IMG/VR virus record: IMGVR_UViG_3300043446_003158
Location: 64,001-128,000 of that record
DNA from: a virus
Length of the DNA: 64,000 bases
Direction: 5' to 3' (one strand)
How positions within the stretch are numbered: position 1 is the stretch's first letter; each line of letters starts with the position of its first letter. Made by a program: the position numbers and the translations under genes. Below, one piece after another: positions 9,092-19,459 of this stretch. The notes under the pieces were generated by a model, which saw nothing but the letters and a program-made list of their open reading frames with translations, did not search any database and was not told where the DNA came from.

Positions 9092-10520
9092 TAAATATTA
9101 ATCTCCAAAATCTTTCAACATGATATGCCATTTGTGGATTATTTGGATTATATCTATTTTTACCATCAAAATATCTTTCATTAACTTGAAGTAGTTTTTC
9201 ATTTACTTCATCATATCCATCAACACTTGGATCGTATTCAAATATTTTAAGTATATTCTTATAAAACTCTATTGGTCTTGAATGTATTGCTTTTTTTGAT
9301 ACGACAAATTGAGCACCAGATGCATAAGTATACGTTTCCCCTTCTGCAGGTAAACGATCAAACACTTTAACATAAGCATCCACTATATTTGGACACTCCA
9401 TATGATACGGTTCTCTTATATATTCATAATCACCAGTTATAACACATGCAAGTATTTTATAAAAATCTCCAATTTGTTTATCATTAAAAATGATATCATT
9501 TAAAAGATTAAAAAGTCTTTCTTGTTGATCCTGATGAGGGTAAATGTGATCAAAAGGATTTCCCTGAAGAAATATAGTATAATTTGCTAGATTATCATAA
9601 TTATTAATAATATGATGCAGGTATGTATGAGGTTCTCTACCAATATTTTTTAAAGGAATTGCATTATCAATTATATCATCCCCTTTATTATAAAGAGTGA
9701 TATAATTTAAATAATTTTTTGTCCATTCAATATTTTCATTATATCTGGCAACAACTATTTCAAAATATTTTTTATCATTATCTTCTATAACATCAGATAA
9801 AATTTTAAATAAAAGGTTTGTTTTTTCAATATCATTTACTTGATATTCATTATGCCAACTACAAGCATTTCTAAAATGTAAAAATTTACCTTTAAAATGA
9901 AGTTCATAATTATATCCATTGGTTAAAGATTTATCTTTTAAATTTAACCCACAGTATTCATCTGGATATTCAACTCCACTATCAAAAAATTTAATTTTTT
10001 GATTACTTAATAAAGAATATGTCCCACCACCTGTGTCTAAAGATTGTCCATCTACAATTTTTGGATAAAAATCAAATTCAATATTTTTTACAGAAGATTT
10101 TTTAAATCCACAAAGTCCAGGCCAAACATATTGAATATTTTTACGGGTTTGCAATAATCCAAATACATCATATTCACCAACTTCAAGATATGGATTAAAA
10201 TCACTAATTAAAAACATATCATGATCTAAAAAAATAACCATATAATCATCATCATCTTTTAAGATCTGATTTTCATAAATCCAACTAATTACCTGTCCAT
10301 TATAAAAACTTGGTGTTTGACCTGGTTCAGATACATGGCAATAAAAATTTACATCATTATTTTGACATATATTTTTAAACTGCTCATAATATTCATTATC
10401 TCTAGTATCATAAACTACATTAATTTCACAATCACCAATTAAAAACTTTTTAATAGAGTTTATTTGATGTTGTAAAATATCTGGTCTATTAAAAACGAAA
10501 GAAAAAATTTTTATTTTCAT
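9081..10520 (-). CDS. GT-A-like domain fused to a DUF3431-like domain
   Basis: N-half has FLDHD (DxD); C-half has VVARYNENIEW, NIGREPHTYLHHI, GAQFVVSK. Confidence 0.65.
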   Translation of the reverse strand: MKIKIFSFVFNRPDILQHQINSIKKFLIGDCEINVVYDTRDNEYYEQFKNICQNNDVNFYCHVSEPGQTPSFYNGQVISWIYENQILKDDDDYMVIFLDHDMFLISDFNPYLEVGEYDVFGLLQTRKNIQYVWPGLCGFKKSSVKNIEFDFYPKIVDGQSLDTGGGTYSLLSNQKIKFFDSGVEYPDEYCGLNLKDKSLTNGYNYELHFKGKFLHFRNACSWHNEYQVNDIEKTNLLFKILSDVIEDNDKKYFEIVVARYNENIEWTKNYLNYITLYNKGDDIIDNAIPLKNIGREPHTYLHHIINNYDNLANYTIFLQGNPFDHIYPHQDQQERLFNLLNDIIFNDKQIGDFYKILACVITGDYEYIREPYHMECPNIVDAYVKVFDRLPAEGETYTYASGAQFVVSKKAIHSRPIEFYKNILKIFEYDPSVDGYDEVNEKLLQVNERYFDGKNRYNPNNPQMAYHVERFWRLIFNEI

Positions 10521-10532
10521 GTTATTAAAATA

Positions 10533-11429
10533 TTAGAGTTGAGAATTAATCCATTCTTCAAGTTTTACAGTTGGTTCCCAACCAAAAGTTTTGCGAAGTT
10601 TTTGATTATTGGCAAGACTTACTCTTGCTTCTCCAGGACGAGGAGAAATATTTATTGAAGGATGTCCAATCATCCTAGCAATTTGATTAATGGAATAATT
10701 ATTGCCAGTTCCAACATTATAAACTTGCCCAAATGCCTCTGAATCAACATTGGTTGTTGCAGCAAGGATATTTGCATTCACAACATCACCAACATAAGTA
10801 AAATCTCTTCTTTGATTTCCATCACCAACAATAGTCAATTCTTCACCTGCTGCACGTTGACGTAAGAAAATACCAATTACGGGAGCATATTGACCACGAA
10901 GTGGTTGTCTTTCACCATAAACATTAAAATACCTAAAGCATATAGTTTGAAGACCATAGAGTTTCGTATACATTTTACATAATTTTTCACCATTTACTTT
11001 TGAAACCGAATATGGATTTAAACAATCGTCGGGTTGAGTTTCTATATTAGGTGGTTCATTCATTCCATATCCAGAAGAAGTAGAAGAATACATTACTCTT
11101 TTCACTCCCGCTTCTCTAGCACATTGAAGAACAGTACAAGTTCCTACAGAGTTGATACTAACTGCTTCAATTGGATTTAAAATAGCAGGTTGAATACGTG
11201 CTTCCGCAGCAAGATGAAAAACATAATCTACACCATCGTAAAGAGGTCGTGTATTTTCATAGTCACGAATATCATACTTGTAATTTTGTGCCCTGTCATT
11301 CCAATAAAAGTGTTCATGAACATCAGAATATTCATTATCAATTACAATTACTTCGTGCCCCAAATCAATAAGACGATCTACAAGATTTGATCCGATAAAT
11401 CCAGCACCACCAGTTACTAAACTCTTCAT
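10533..11429 (-). CDS. NAD-dependent nucleotide-sugar epimerase/dehydratase (extended SDR)
   Basis: TGGAGFIGS, YSSTSS, YSVSK (YxxxK), RYFNVYG. Confidence 0.9.
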   Translation of the reverse strand: MKSLVTGGAGFIGSNLVDRLIDLGHEVIVIDNEYSDVHEHFYWNDRAQNYKYDIRDYENTRPLYDGVDYVFHLAAEARIQPAILNPIEAVSINSVGTCTVLQCAREAGVKRVMYSSTSSGYGMNEPPNIETQPDDCLNPYSVSKVNGEKLCKMYTKLYGLQTICFRYFNVYGERQPLRGQYAPVIGIFLRQRAAGEELTIVGDGNQRRDFTYVGDVVNANILAATTNVDSEAFGQVYNVGTGNNYSINQIARMIGHPSINISPRPGEARVSLANNQKLRKTFGWEPTVKLEEWINSQL

Positions 11430-12064
11430 TTTTTAATCTCCAAAGGTTTCCAAAAATTTCTATTTAAGTTAAAAAAATCAACACTAGGATAAGAACTTAA
11501 TTTCATATCAGTTCCATTTGAACTTGTTTGATAAAACATAGGATCATCAAACGCATAAGCATTATAATATTTTTGAATTTCAGCAAATCCGATATCAAGA
11601 TGATCTCCTATTTGATAAAAATATTTTGCTATATTTTTACATATAGAACAATATTCTTCTGTAAGAAATAGCATAGCATGTGTACTAAGCATATTATATA
11701 TTTTCAATAACCCATTATCTAAAATATCATATTTCACACACGGTCCAGAATGCGAATTCATTCTTCCCCAAGAAGATATTCCAAGATAAATTATATCAGA
11801 ATCATCAGGAACTTCTATAATTGGATGAAAATTTTTAATGTCACAATCATCTTCCAAAATTATATAAGGTGGTTCAAAAGAACTTAATATCGTGTAGTGG
11901 GATGCTGCACATCCAGACATGGGATTTTTATGCTCCAACCCCTCAACTCTAGTAGAATTTGTAAATCCACAATCAGATATTATTTTTTTTATTTTTTTAT
12001 TTTTATCAATATCTTTTTCCATATTGATATAGTAAACTGGAATTTCCAATAAATTAAGTTTCAT
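11426..12064 (-). CDS. GT25-like glycosyltransferase
   Basis: YYINM, GCAASH, IILEDD. Confidence 0.65.
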   Translation of the reverse strand: MKLNLLEIPVYYINMEKDIDKNKKIKKIISDCGFTNSTRVEGLEHKNPMSGCAASHYTILSSFEPPYIILEDDCDIKNFHPIIEVPDDSDIIYLGISSWGRMNSHSGPCVKYDILDNGLLKIYNMLSTHAMLFLTEEYCSICKNIAKYFYQIGDHLDIGFAEIQKYYNAYAFDDPMFYQTSSNGTDMKLSSYPSVDFFNLNRNFWKPLEIKK

Positions 12065-12065
12065 A

Positions 12066-12797
12066 TTATTTTCTAATTTCAGAATGATTTTTTAATAAAT
12101 GAATTATTTTTCTTTGGGTTGGATCAATATTAGGATAATTTAGATCTTTATTCGGATCAATATCATAAACTTCTGGAAAAGAATATTCTGGTCCAAGAGT
12201 ATAAACCCTTTCACTATTTTCCAAGAAAAACTTATTAATATGACTTTCATCATGCCATTCTGCAATTATATTTTTTTCCAAATCTATTTGAATTTGTTGA
12301 TGAAGTTTTTGAATCATTTCAAACACATAAGGAACTCTTCCACCCCATAGAGATCCTTGCCAATACCTACCAGTATCTTCTTCAACATATGCTTGAGAAA
12401 TTCTTCTTTTTTCATAAGGAATTCCTTGAGACTTTTTATAGAATCCTGGGTGATAAACTCCTATGAAATCTTTTTCTGTTAAAATTTCTTCCTCCAAAAT
12501 TTTTTGATTTACTAACATATCAGCATCTAGATAAATCAAATAATCGTAATTAAGTAAATTATTTTTTTCTTTTAAAATAGTTTTAAATCTATGTAAAGTT
12601 GGTAATGGCCATTTCTCAAGTTGGGTTTCAATTATTTTAATATTATTAGGAATTTCTCCTCCAAAATCAGCATCGGTAAAACAAAAATATGTTTTTTCAG
12701 AATTTGTTAAAAAATATTTTTCACAATTTTCATAATATTTTGGAAAGAAATCTGCATACTTTCCAGTTCCAATAAAAATAATAGCAATATTTTTCAT
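12066..12797 (-). CDS. Glycosyltransferase family 6 (ABO-like alpha-1,3-Gal/GalNAc transferase)
   Basis: FIGTGKY, WPLPTLHRF, YLDADM, WHDESHINK. Confidence 0.88.
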   Translation of the reverse strand: MKNIAIIFIGTGKYADFFPKYYENCEKYFLTNSEKTYFCFTDADFGGEIPNNIKIIETQLEKWPLPTLHRFKTILKEKNNLLNYDYLIYLDADMLVNQKILEEEILTEKDFIGVYHPGFYKKSQGIPYEKRRISQAYVEEDTGRYWQGSLWGGRVPYVFEMIQKLHQQIQIDLEKNIIAEWHDESHINKFFLENSERVYTLGPEYSFPEVYDIDPNKDLNYPNIDPTQRKIIHLLKNHSEIRK

Positions 12798-12799
12798 TA

Positions 12800-13495
12800 T
12801 TAATTTCTAAGTTCTTGATGATTTTTCTTTAATGCAATAATTTTAGCATGAAATGGATAATTTAGATTGTCAAGTTGCTCTTCAGCAAAACAATATGAAG
12901 GTGTTAAACTTAATGTTGGGGGATTGTCAATCAAATAACGATTCATATGAGATTCATCATGCCAAAGAGCAATCACTTCATTTTCAAGATCTTTTTTTAC
13001 TTTTTCAGCAATCACTTCTGACATCTCAAGAAACCGTTTGGTAGAACCACCATTGAACCCACCAGCATAATAGTTCTCCCCTTCCTGACCCACAGGCACG
13101 TATGCGAGCGACTGTGGGTTTCTATCGTAAGTCCTCTGTTCCTTTGGATAGAAGGACTGGTAGGGATGCTGAGTGGCAACTAGATCGCTTAGAACCTCAT
13201 CACCGACCTTATCTACCAAACCCATATCCACGTCGAAGTAGAAACAATAATCAAACTGGGAGATAAACTCCTTCTCTTTTATGAAGTAGTTGTACCTTTT
13301 CAGGGTAGGCATTGGCCAAGGTTCGTGATCAATCTGACAAACTCTTACGTTATCAGATGTTTCTACTTCATGGTCAGTAAACAGTAAACACTCAATCTCA
13401 TGTCCATTAAGAAAGTTTTCTTCAATATTATCAAGGAGTCTTTCAACAAACCGAATGTACTTATTTGTAGCAATACACAGGATACAGATTTTCAT
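12800..13495 (-). CDS. Glycosyltransferase family 6 (ABO-like)
   Basis: IATNKY, WPMPTLKRY, FDVDM, YYAGGFNGG, WHDESHMNRY. Confidence 0.9.
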   Translation of the reverse strand: MKICILCIATNKYIRFVERLLDNIEENFLNGHEIECLLFTDHEVETSDNVRVCQIDHEPWPMPTLKRYNYFIKEKEFISQFDYCFYFDVDMGLVDKVGDEVLSDLVATQHPYQSFYPKEQRTYDRNPQSLAYVPVGQEGENYYAGGFNGGSTKRFLEMSEVIAEKVKKDLENEVIALWHDESHMNRYLIDNPPTLSLTPSYCFAEEQLDNLNYPFHAKIIALKKNHQELRN

Positions 13496-13590
13496 ATTTT
13501 TATCAAATTATCTAATATTACGTTATGTTCAATATTATCTATACAGCATTTTTGAGGGGTAATTCTATTTGATTAAATAAACATACAAAT

Positions 13591-14874
13591 TCATAAAGTT
13601 TTATCATTTAATGTTTTATATATTAAATATGTTGGGCACCCATCATTTGTCAAATAACTTATTTGCAATCCCATATTATTACAAAATTCATCTACAGCTT
13701 TTACAACGTCAGGAAACATAATATCGCTATAGTCGTGTCCCATAATTATCCCACCAGTTTTAACTTTTCTAAAAGATAATTCTAAATCTTTTTTTACTGC
13801 TTCATAAGTATGGTCGGCATCAATATAAACTGCATCTAAATATTCATCTTCTAGAGAATTTAGAAAATCTAAAGTATATGATCTAACTATTTTTACGTTA
13901 TCAAAATCTTTAAATTCTTTCAAAATTTGATCATACATTTCACTAAGATTAAGAAAAACAATATTATTTCCATCTTTGTCACCAGAACACATATTTTCTG
14001 GAAATATATCAACAAGAAATAATTCAGAGGGTAATAATTTTTCTAAAATAATTTTAGAAAAATCACCTTTAAAAATACCAAGTTCTGCTATTTTTAAATT
14101 TTTTGGAAGAAAGTCCAAAAGATTATTTCTATTATCTATAGTTTGAATTAAAAATTTTTTCATATAATTATACTTATTATCCGATACTACACCACCAGCA
14201 AAATGATAAATTTTAAACTTAGTTTTATCTAAGATAGAGCTTGGAAAATGAGAAACATGTTGTTGAAGATTATAATTATATAAATTATTTCGTAGCACAT
14301 AAGTTACAAACCCATGTTGATCAACATGAGATCCATAAAATCCAGAGTCTTCACACTCAACAATAAACTTATAAATATCTTCTAAAATTTTATATGCGCT
14401 TTTATTAAATCCAAAAACACCACAACATATACTATTCACATTAGAATATTTTACTAGTTCATCTTCATTTAATAAAGGTCCTGCCCAAAAACTTCCAGTA
14501 ATTTTATGCGGATTTTCTAAATCTTCTGTTGCGAATGATAATTTTCCATCCTCAAAAGATATAAAAATGTCATCAATATTATCAAGAACAAGAGTGTCTA
14601 CATCTAAATGAAGAACTCTATCATAATTTTTCAATAGTTCTTTACCCAAAATTAAGCGATATGCCATACGCTTAGCGTGAGTTTGTGGAAACTCTGTTTT
14701 AATTACATTACAATAAATTTGCAATTCTGGAATATCATACTCACTAAAAACAAAAATATTTTCTTTACTAATAAATTTATTTAAAGAATTAACAGACAAT
14801 TCTAACAATTCTTTATATCTAAAATCACCATAAAAACAATAATAAACACAATTATATTGATTTATATTTTTCAT
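13591..14874 (-). CDS. GT8-like glycosyltransferase fused to a class I SAM methyltransferase
   Basis: LHLDVD and VDQHG in the N-half; AELGIFKG, YIDADHTYE, GHDY in the C-half. Confidence 0.7.
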   Translation of the reverse strand: MKNINQYNCVYYCFYGDFRYKELLELSVNSLNKFISKENIFVFSEYDIPELQIYCNVIKTEFPQTHAKRMAYRLILGKELLKNYDRVLHLDVDTLVLDNIDDIFISFEDGKLSFATEDLENPHKITGSFWAGPLLNEDELVKYSNVNSICCGVFGFNKSAYKILEDIYKFIVECEDSGFYGSHVDQHGFVTYVLRNNLYNYNLQQHVSHFPSSILDKTKFKIYHFAGGVVSDNKYNYMKKFLIQTIDNRNNLLDFLPKNLKIAELGIFKGDFSKIILEKLLPSELFLVDIFPENMCSGDKDGNNIVFLNLSEMYDQILKEFKDFDNVKIVRSYTLDFLNSLEDEYLDAVYIDADHTYEAVKKDLELSFRKVKTGGIIMGHDYSDIMFPDVVKAVDEFCNNMGLQISYLTNDGCPTYLIYKTLNDKTL

Positions 14875-15659
14875 AAAATTTTCCAGTGAGGCAAATACAA
14901 ATCTTTAGTATTGTGATTAATACAATCCCCAGAAAACCAATTTTTAGGAGCAATCACATTTTTACTATTCGCCAACCATGCTCCCCACCAACTAAAAGTG
15001 CTATTACAAATAATATGATAAGCACACTGACTCATAATATACAAATCAAAGTAAGGATTTTCAGTTTCTGAAATTAAAAATCTATCTTCAGAAAACAGTT
15101 CTTGTTTTTTACACCATTCAATATCATCCGAAAAAACAAGAACTGGTAAATCTTGAGGAAACTGTTCAAGAGCATCACTATAATATTGATTATTTTGTAA
15201 AGGATGACTTGGATTTGTTACATAATCATTTCGTCGTATATGAAGTGCTATTGATCCCGTATATTCTTCAACTATTTCTTGACAATCTTCTTGAATATTA
15301 TTTTTAAAAACAAAATCAACAGAACGTAATTCGTCTTCTATACTTTTAAAATATTTTTCTGATTGAAAATACCCAACAAAATTGCAATTACCACTAATAT
15401 TTTCAACTAAATCACTATCATAATGAAAAAATTTTTCATGAATAGAAGAATATTGTTTTAGTTCTCTATCACATTTAATATCAAAACAATCATCAATATT
15501 ACTAAAGAGTCTTTGATAATAATACTTACCAAAAATTTCTTTTGGAGGTATGCAAAAAGTTGTATTATACTTTTTTGCAACTGCTTTAATGAAGGCATAT
15601 TGAAACATTTGATTTCCTAAATGCCCATTATTACCTAACTGATTAAAAGAAAAAGTCAT
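14871..15659 (-). CDS. Glycosyltransferase family 11 (alpha-1,2-fucosyl/colitosyltransferase)
   Basis: GHLGNQMFQYA, GYFQSEKYF, HIRRNDY, FSDDIEW, NSTFSWW. Confidence 0.9.
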   Translation of the reverse strand: MTFSFNQLGNNGHLGNQMFQYAFIKAVAKKYNTTFCIPPKEIFGKYYYQRLFSNIDDCFDIKCDRELKQYSSIHEKFFHYDSDLVENISGNCNFVGYFQSEKYFKSIEDELRSVDFVFKNNIQEDCQEIVEEYTGSIALHIRRNDYVTNPSHPLQNNQYYSDALEQFPQDLPVLVFSDDIEWCKKQELFSEDRFLISETENPYFDLYIMSQCAYHIICNSTFSWWGAWLANSKNVIAPKNWFSGDCINHNTKDLYLPHWKIL

Positions 15660-16819
15660 AATTTTTCTAAAATATTTTTAAGCAAATTAATTTCTTTATC
15701 ACCAATAAAATGATTATTTCCGAGATAAATTCCATTCTCATGAATTAAATCAACATTAAGTTGATCTTTATTTGATATTATTTTATATCCTTCCAAGAAT
15801 GGTTGTTTTAATAAATTTCCACTAATTATAGGTCTATGCTCTACACCATTTTCAGCAAACAATTTTTTAAGTCTATCTGCAATATCTTTAGTCTTACAAA
15901 TTAGAGGAAAACAAAAATTACTACACGTTGGATAATATTTTGGAATAATAAATTTATCTGAATAATTTTTTACAAGATTTATAAAATTTAAATAATTTTT
16001 ATTTCTTATTTCAATATAATTATCTAATCTTTTAAGTTGAGATAATCCTAAAACAGCACCAAGTTCATGATTCCTAAAATTATATCCATCTGTCACAAAA
16101 AGAAATTGATCAGAAATATCTGGATATTTTTCAACATACTCTTTATATCTGGTAGATTCCCTTGCTAAACCATGACTTCTTTTCATCTTCATCAAGTCAT
16201 ACAGTTCATAATTATTTGTAGATACCATTCCACCTTCAACTGTTGAGATATGATGCCCAAAGTAAAAACTAAAAGTTGCACCTAAACTGTCAGATCCTCT
16301 TTTAGATCCATCTGGAGATTTGCATCCATGAGATTCGCAAATATCATCCAAAATTAAAGCATTTGGAAAAAGACTACGATATCTTTCAGTATTAGCAGAA
16401 AATCCAATCAGATGAGTAACAAATATCAATTTAATATCGGGATGTTTTTCTGCAATATATTGAAGATCTTCTTCACAAAAACTAAAATTGTTTATATTAA
16501 TATCGCAAAAGATGGGAGTAAATCCCAATTGAATAACTGGACCAATATTAGTTACCCACGTACAAGAAGGAACTAAAACCTTATCACCATCTTTTAAATT
16601 ATACAGTTCTTTTACTGCAGAAAGAAGTAAATAATTAGCAGTACTTCCAGAAGAAACATACAAAGAGTATTTTGAACCTAACCATTTACTCCATTCACTT
16701 TCAAACTTTTTAACCATTTTACCATTAGTAAAACGATCAGAAGTTAAAACAAATTTAGCAAGATTAAATCTATCACTAAAAGTGATATTATTTTTCATCA
16801 AAGGCCATTTAAATTGCAT
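15656..16819 (-). CDS. colD: PLP-dependent DegT-family enzyme, ColD-type GDP-4-keto-6-deoxymannose 3-dehydratase
   Basis: SSGSTAN, DDICESHG, SFYFGHHISTVEGG (His at the position of the Schiff-base Lys); likely start MQFKWPLM. Confidence 0.75.
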   Translation of the reverse strand: MQFKWPLMKNNITFSDRFNLAKFVLTSDRFTNGKMVKKFESEWSKWLGSKYSLYVSSGSTANYLLLSAVKELYNLKDGDKVLVPSCTWVTNIGPVIQLGFTPIFCDININNFSFCEEDLQYIAEKHPDIKLIFVTHLIGFSANTERYRSLFPNALILDDICESHGCKSPDGSKRGSDSLGATFSFYFGHHISTVEGGMVSTNNYELYDLMKMKRSHGLARESTRYKEYVEKYPDISDQFLFVTDGYNFRNHELGAVLGLSQLKRLDNYIEIRNKNYLNFINLVKNYSDKFIIPKYYPTCSNFCFPLICKTKDIADRLKKLFAENGVEHRPIISGNLLKQPFLEGYKIISNKDQLNVDLIHENGIYLGNNHFIGDKEINLLKNILEKL

Positions 16820-17750
16820 TTTCTTTATACCATTTGTAAGTTGTTTCAATACCATCACGAAGACCAATCTTTGGTTCCCATCCAAGTGCCTTGATCTTAT
16901 CCACATTCAAAACTTTACGAGGAGTTCCATTTGGTTTTGTTTTATCCCATTTAATATTTCCCATAAACTTAACAACATTAACAATTGTTTTGGCAAGTTC
17001 TTTAATCGTTACATCTTCACCAGTTCCAATATTAATATGTCCTGCTTCATCATATTTCTGCATACAAACATAACACGCCTCTGCAAGATCATCAACGTGT
17101 AGAAACTCTCTCATAGCAGAACCATCACCCCAAAGAGTGACACTTTCTCCAGGAACAGCATCATGAAACTTCCTAATCATCGCAGGAAGCACATGGGATG
17201 ACTCCAGATCAAAGTTGTCATTCGGACCATAAAGATTTGTAGGCATCAGAGAAATGGCATTAAATCCATATTGCTGACGATATGCTTCACACATCTTCAC
17301 ACCAACTATTTTTGCAAGAGCATATCCTTCATTAGTTGGTTCTAAAGGACCAGTCATCAACTGATCTTCAGTAATTGGTTGTGTTGCCATCTTAGGATAG
17401 ATGCAGGATGAACCAAGGAACAGAAGTTTCTTTACACCCCAACGATAAGAAGAATCAATAATGTTGGTTTGGATGCGAAGATTTTCAGTCAGGAAATCTG
17501 CTTTATAGTTATTGTTTGCCATAATGCCGCCAACCTTAGCAGCGGCAACAAAAACATAATCAGGTTCTACGGATTGAATATACTCATCAGTTATTAATTC
17601 ATCCGTAAAGTCTACATATTTACGAGTTGCTTTAATAATGTTTGTATATCCTTTTTGTTCAAGGTTTCTCACGATTGCAGAACCAACCATTCCATTGGCA
17701 CCACAAACTAATACTCTAGAATCACTGTCCATAAATGCACATGTCCTCAA
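16809..17750 (-). CDS. fcl: GDP-L-fucose synthase / ColC-type epimerase-reductase
   Basis: [47 protein letters not shown]; likely start MDSDSR. Confidence 0.9.
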   Translation of the reverse strand: MRTCAFMDSDSRVLVCGANGMVGSAIVRNLEQKGYTNIIKATRKYVDFTDELITDEYIQSVEPDYVFVAAAKVGGIMANNNYKADFLTENLRIQTNIIDSSYRWGVKKLLFLGSSCIYPKMATQPITEDQLMTGPLEPTNEGYALAKIVGVKMCEAYRQQYGFNAISLMPTNLYGPNDNFDLESSHVLPAMIRKFHDAVPGESVTLWGDGSAMREFLHVDDLAEACYVCMQKYDEAGHINIGTGEDVTIKELAKTIVNVVKFMGNIKWDKTKPNGTPRKVLNVDKIKALGWEPKIGLRDGIETTYKWYKENAI

Positions 17751-18723
17751 CTAATTGATTAAATGAAATCTTAGGTTGCCAACCTAATTTTTCTTTTGCC
17801 TTAGTGGCATCACCTAATAAGGTCTCTACTTCAGCAGGTCTAAAATATTTAGGGCTCACCCTAATAACCTCTCTTTTGGTGTGTTTATCAATACCAACTT
17901 CATCCAATCCTTCACCTCTCCAAATGATGTTCATACCAAAATAAGGAGCAGCAGTTTCAACAAATGCGCGAACGGAATATTGCTCCCCTGTGGCAATCAC
18001 ATAATCATCAGGTTCATCCTGCTGAAGCATCAACCACATTGCCTCTACGAAGTCTTTAGCGTGTCCCCAGTCACGTTTGGCGTTTAAATTTCCGAGATAT
18101 AATACGTCCTGTTGCCCAGTTGAAATTCGTGATAGTCCGCGAGTGATTTTTCTTGTGACAAAAGTTTCTCCTCTGCGAGAGGATTCGTGATTGAAAAGAA
18201 TTCCAGAACTTGCATGTAGTCCATAAGACTCTCTGTAGTTTTTGACGATCCAGTATCCATAAACTTTTGCAACTCCATAAGGTGAACGAGGATAAAAAGG
18301 TGTAGTTTCTGATTGAGGAATTTCTTGAACCTTACCAAACATTTCAGACGTTGATGCCTGATAGATTCTTGTTTTTTTCTCCATTCCCAGAAGACGAACT
18401 GCCTCAAGAATACGAAGAGTTCCAAGGCCATCAACCATACCCGTATATTCAGGTATCTCAAAAGACACTTTTACATGACTTTGAGCGCCAAGATTATATA
18501 TTTCATCTGGTTGAACTTGCTGAATCACTCTTACAAGATTTGTAGAATCAGTAAGATCACCGTAGTGAAGTTTAATTTGATCGTAAATATGATCAATCCG
18601 ATAGGTATTAATCAAAGATGCTCGACGAACAATACCATGAACTTCATATCCTTTTTCTAAAAGAAGTTCAGCAAGATAAGATCCGTCTTGTCCAGTAATT
18701 CCTGTTATTAATGCTACTTTCAT
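17722..18723 (-). CDS. gmd: GDP-mannose 4,6-dehydratase
   Basis: [40 protein letters not shown]. Confidence 0.95.
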   Translation of the reverse strand: MKVALITGITGQDGSYLAELLLEKGYEVHGIVRRASLINTYRIDHIYDQIKLHYGDLTDSTNLVRVIQQVQPDEIYNLGAQSHVKVSFEIPEYTGMVDGLGTLRILEAVRLLGMEKKTRIYQASTSEMFGKVQEIPQSETTPFYPRSPYGVAKVYGYWIVKNYRESYGLHASSGILFNHESSRRGETFVTRKITRGLSRISTGQQDVLYLGNLNAKRDWGHAKDFVEAMWLMLQQDEPDDYVIATGEQYSVRAFVETAAPYFGMNIIWRGEGLDEVGIDKHTKREVIRVSPKYFRPAEVETLLGDATKAKEKLGWQPKISFNQLVEDMCIYGQ

Positions 18724-18743
18724 AAAGCAAAGTACTTTTCAAC

Positions 18744-18772
18744 ATTATACTAAAAAAGATGAGTTTATGCAA
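18744..18772 (-). promoter_or_regulatory. Sigma70-type promoter TTGCAT-17-TATAAT embedded in a terminator hairpin, upstream of gmd
   Basis: Minus strand AAGATGAG-TTGCAT-AAACTCATCTTTTTTAG-TATAAT. Confidence 0.7.
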
Positions 18773-18786
18773 CTCATCTTTAAACA

Positions 18787-19458
18787 TTATAAATTTGGAT
18801 TATCAAATGGTGGAGTATTATTTCTAACCATTACTAAAAGTTTGTCATTATCAAAAGGTTCTGTAAATTTATTTTTATGTTCAGTTTCTACAAATGAGAT
18901 GTGATTATAATATAACATATGATTATACATCCAAATTTGACTTGAATAATCATCTTCGTTTTTAAATCTATCAATATCTTCAATAATAAGATATCCTCCA
19001 GGATTTAAATACTTATGAGCATTTCTAATTATTTTAATTTGATCCCAAAATTCATGACTAGAATCATCAATAATAACATCAAATTTAACATTAGTTTTTT
19101 GAAAAGATTCGTTAATTGATGTTTCTTCCTTAACGTTCATATAATCATAATGAACGTTTTCTAATTGTTGATTTTTAGCATACTGTAAAAATTCTTCAGA
19201 GTGGTCCCACCCGTAAAGAATAGCATTTGGAAAATATTTTCTCCACATTTGCATGGAAGTATTTTTAAAAATTCCTATTTCACCAAAAACTATTGGTTTA
19301 TATCTAATTGGAGAAAAAATTAAATCATAAAAGGGAGTGTAAGCATGTTGCCACTTTCTTGGATTATATGGAGATTTATCTGCTTCAAAGATAGCACCAA
19401 GTTTACATAAATCAGTACTTGAAGTTTGGGAATTAAAAATAACCTTATTATCAATCAT
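18787..19458 (-). CDS. Class I SAM-dependent methyltransferase (sugar O-methyltransferase-like)
   Basis: GEIGIFKNTS, FDVIIDDSSH, PGGYLIIED. Confidence 0.75.
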   Translation of the reverse strand: MIDNKVIFNSQTSSTDLCKLGAIFEADKSPYNPRKWQHAYTPFYDLIFSPIRYKPIVFGEIGIFKNTSMQMWRKYFPNAILYGWDHSEEFLQYAKNQQLENVHYDYMNVKEETSINESFQKTNVKFDVIIDDSSHEFWDQIKIIRNAHKYLNPGGYLIIEDIDRFKNEDDYSSQIWMYNHMLYYNHISFVETEHKNKFTEPFDNDKLLVMVRNNTPPFDNPNL

Positions 19459-19459
19459 A

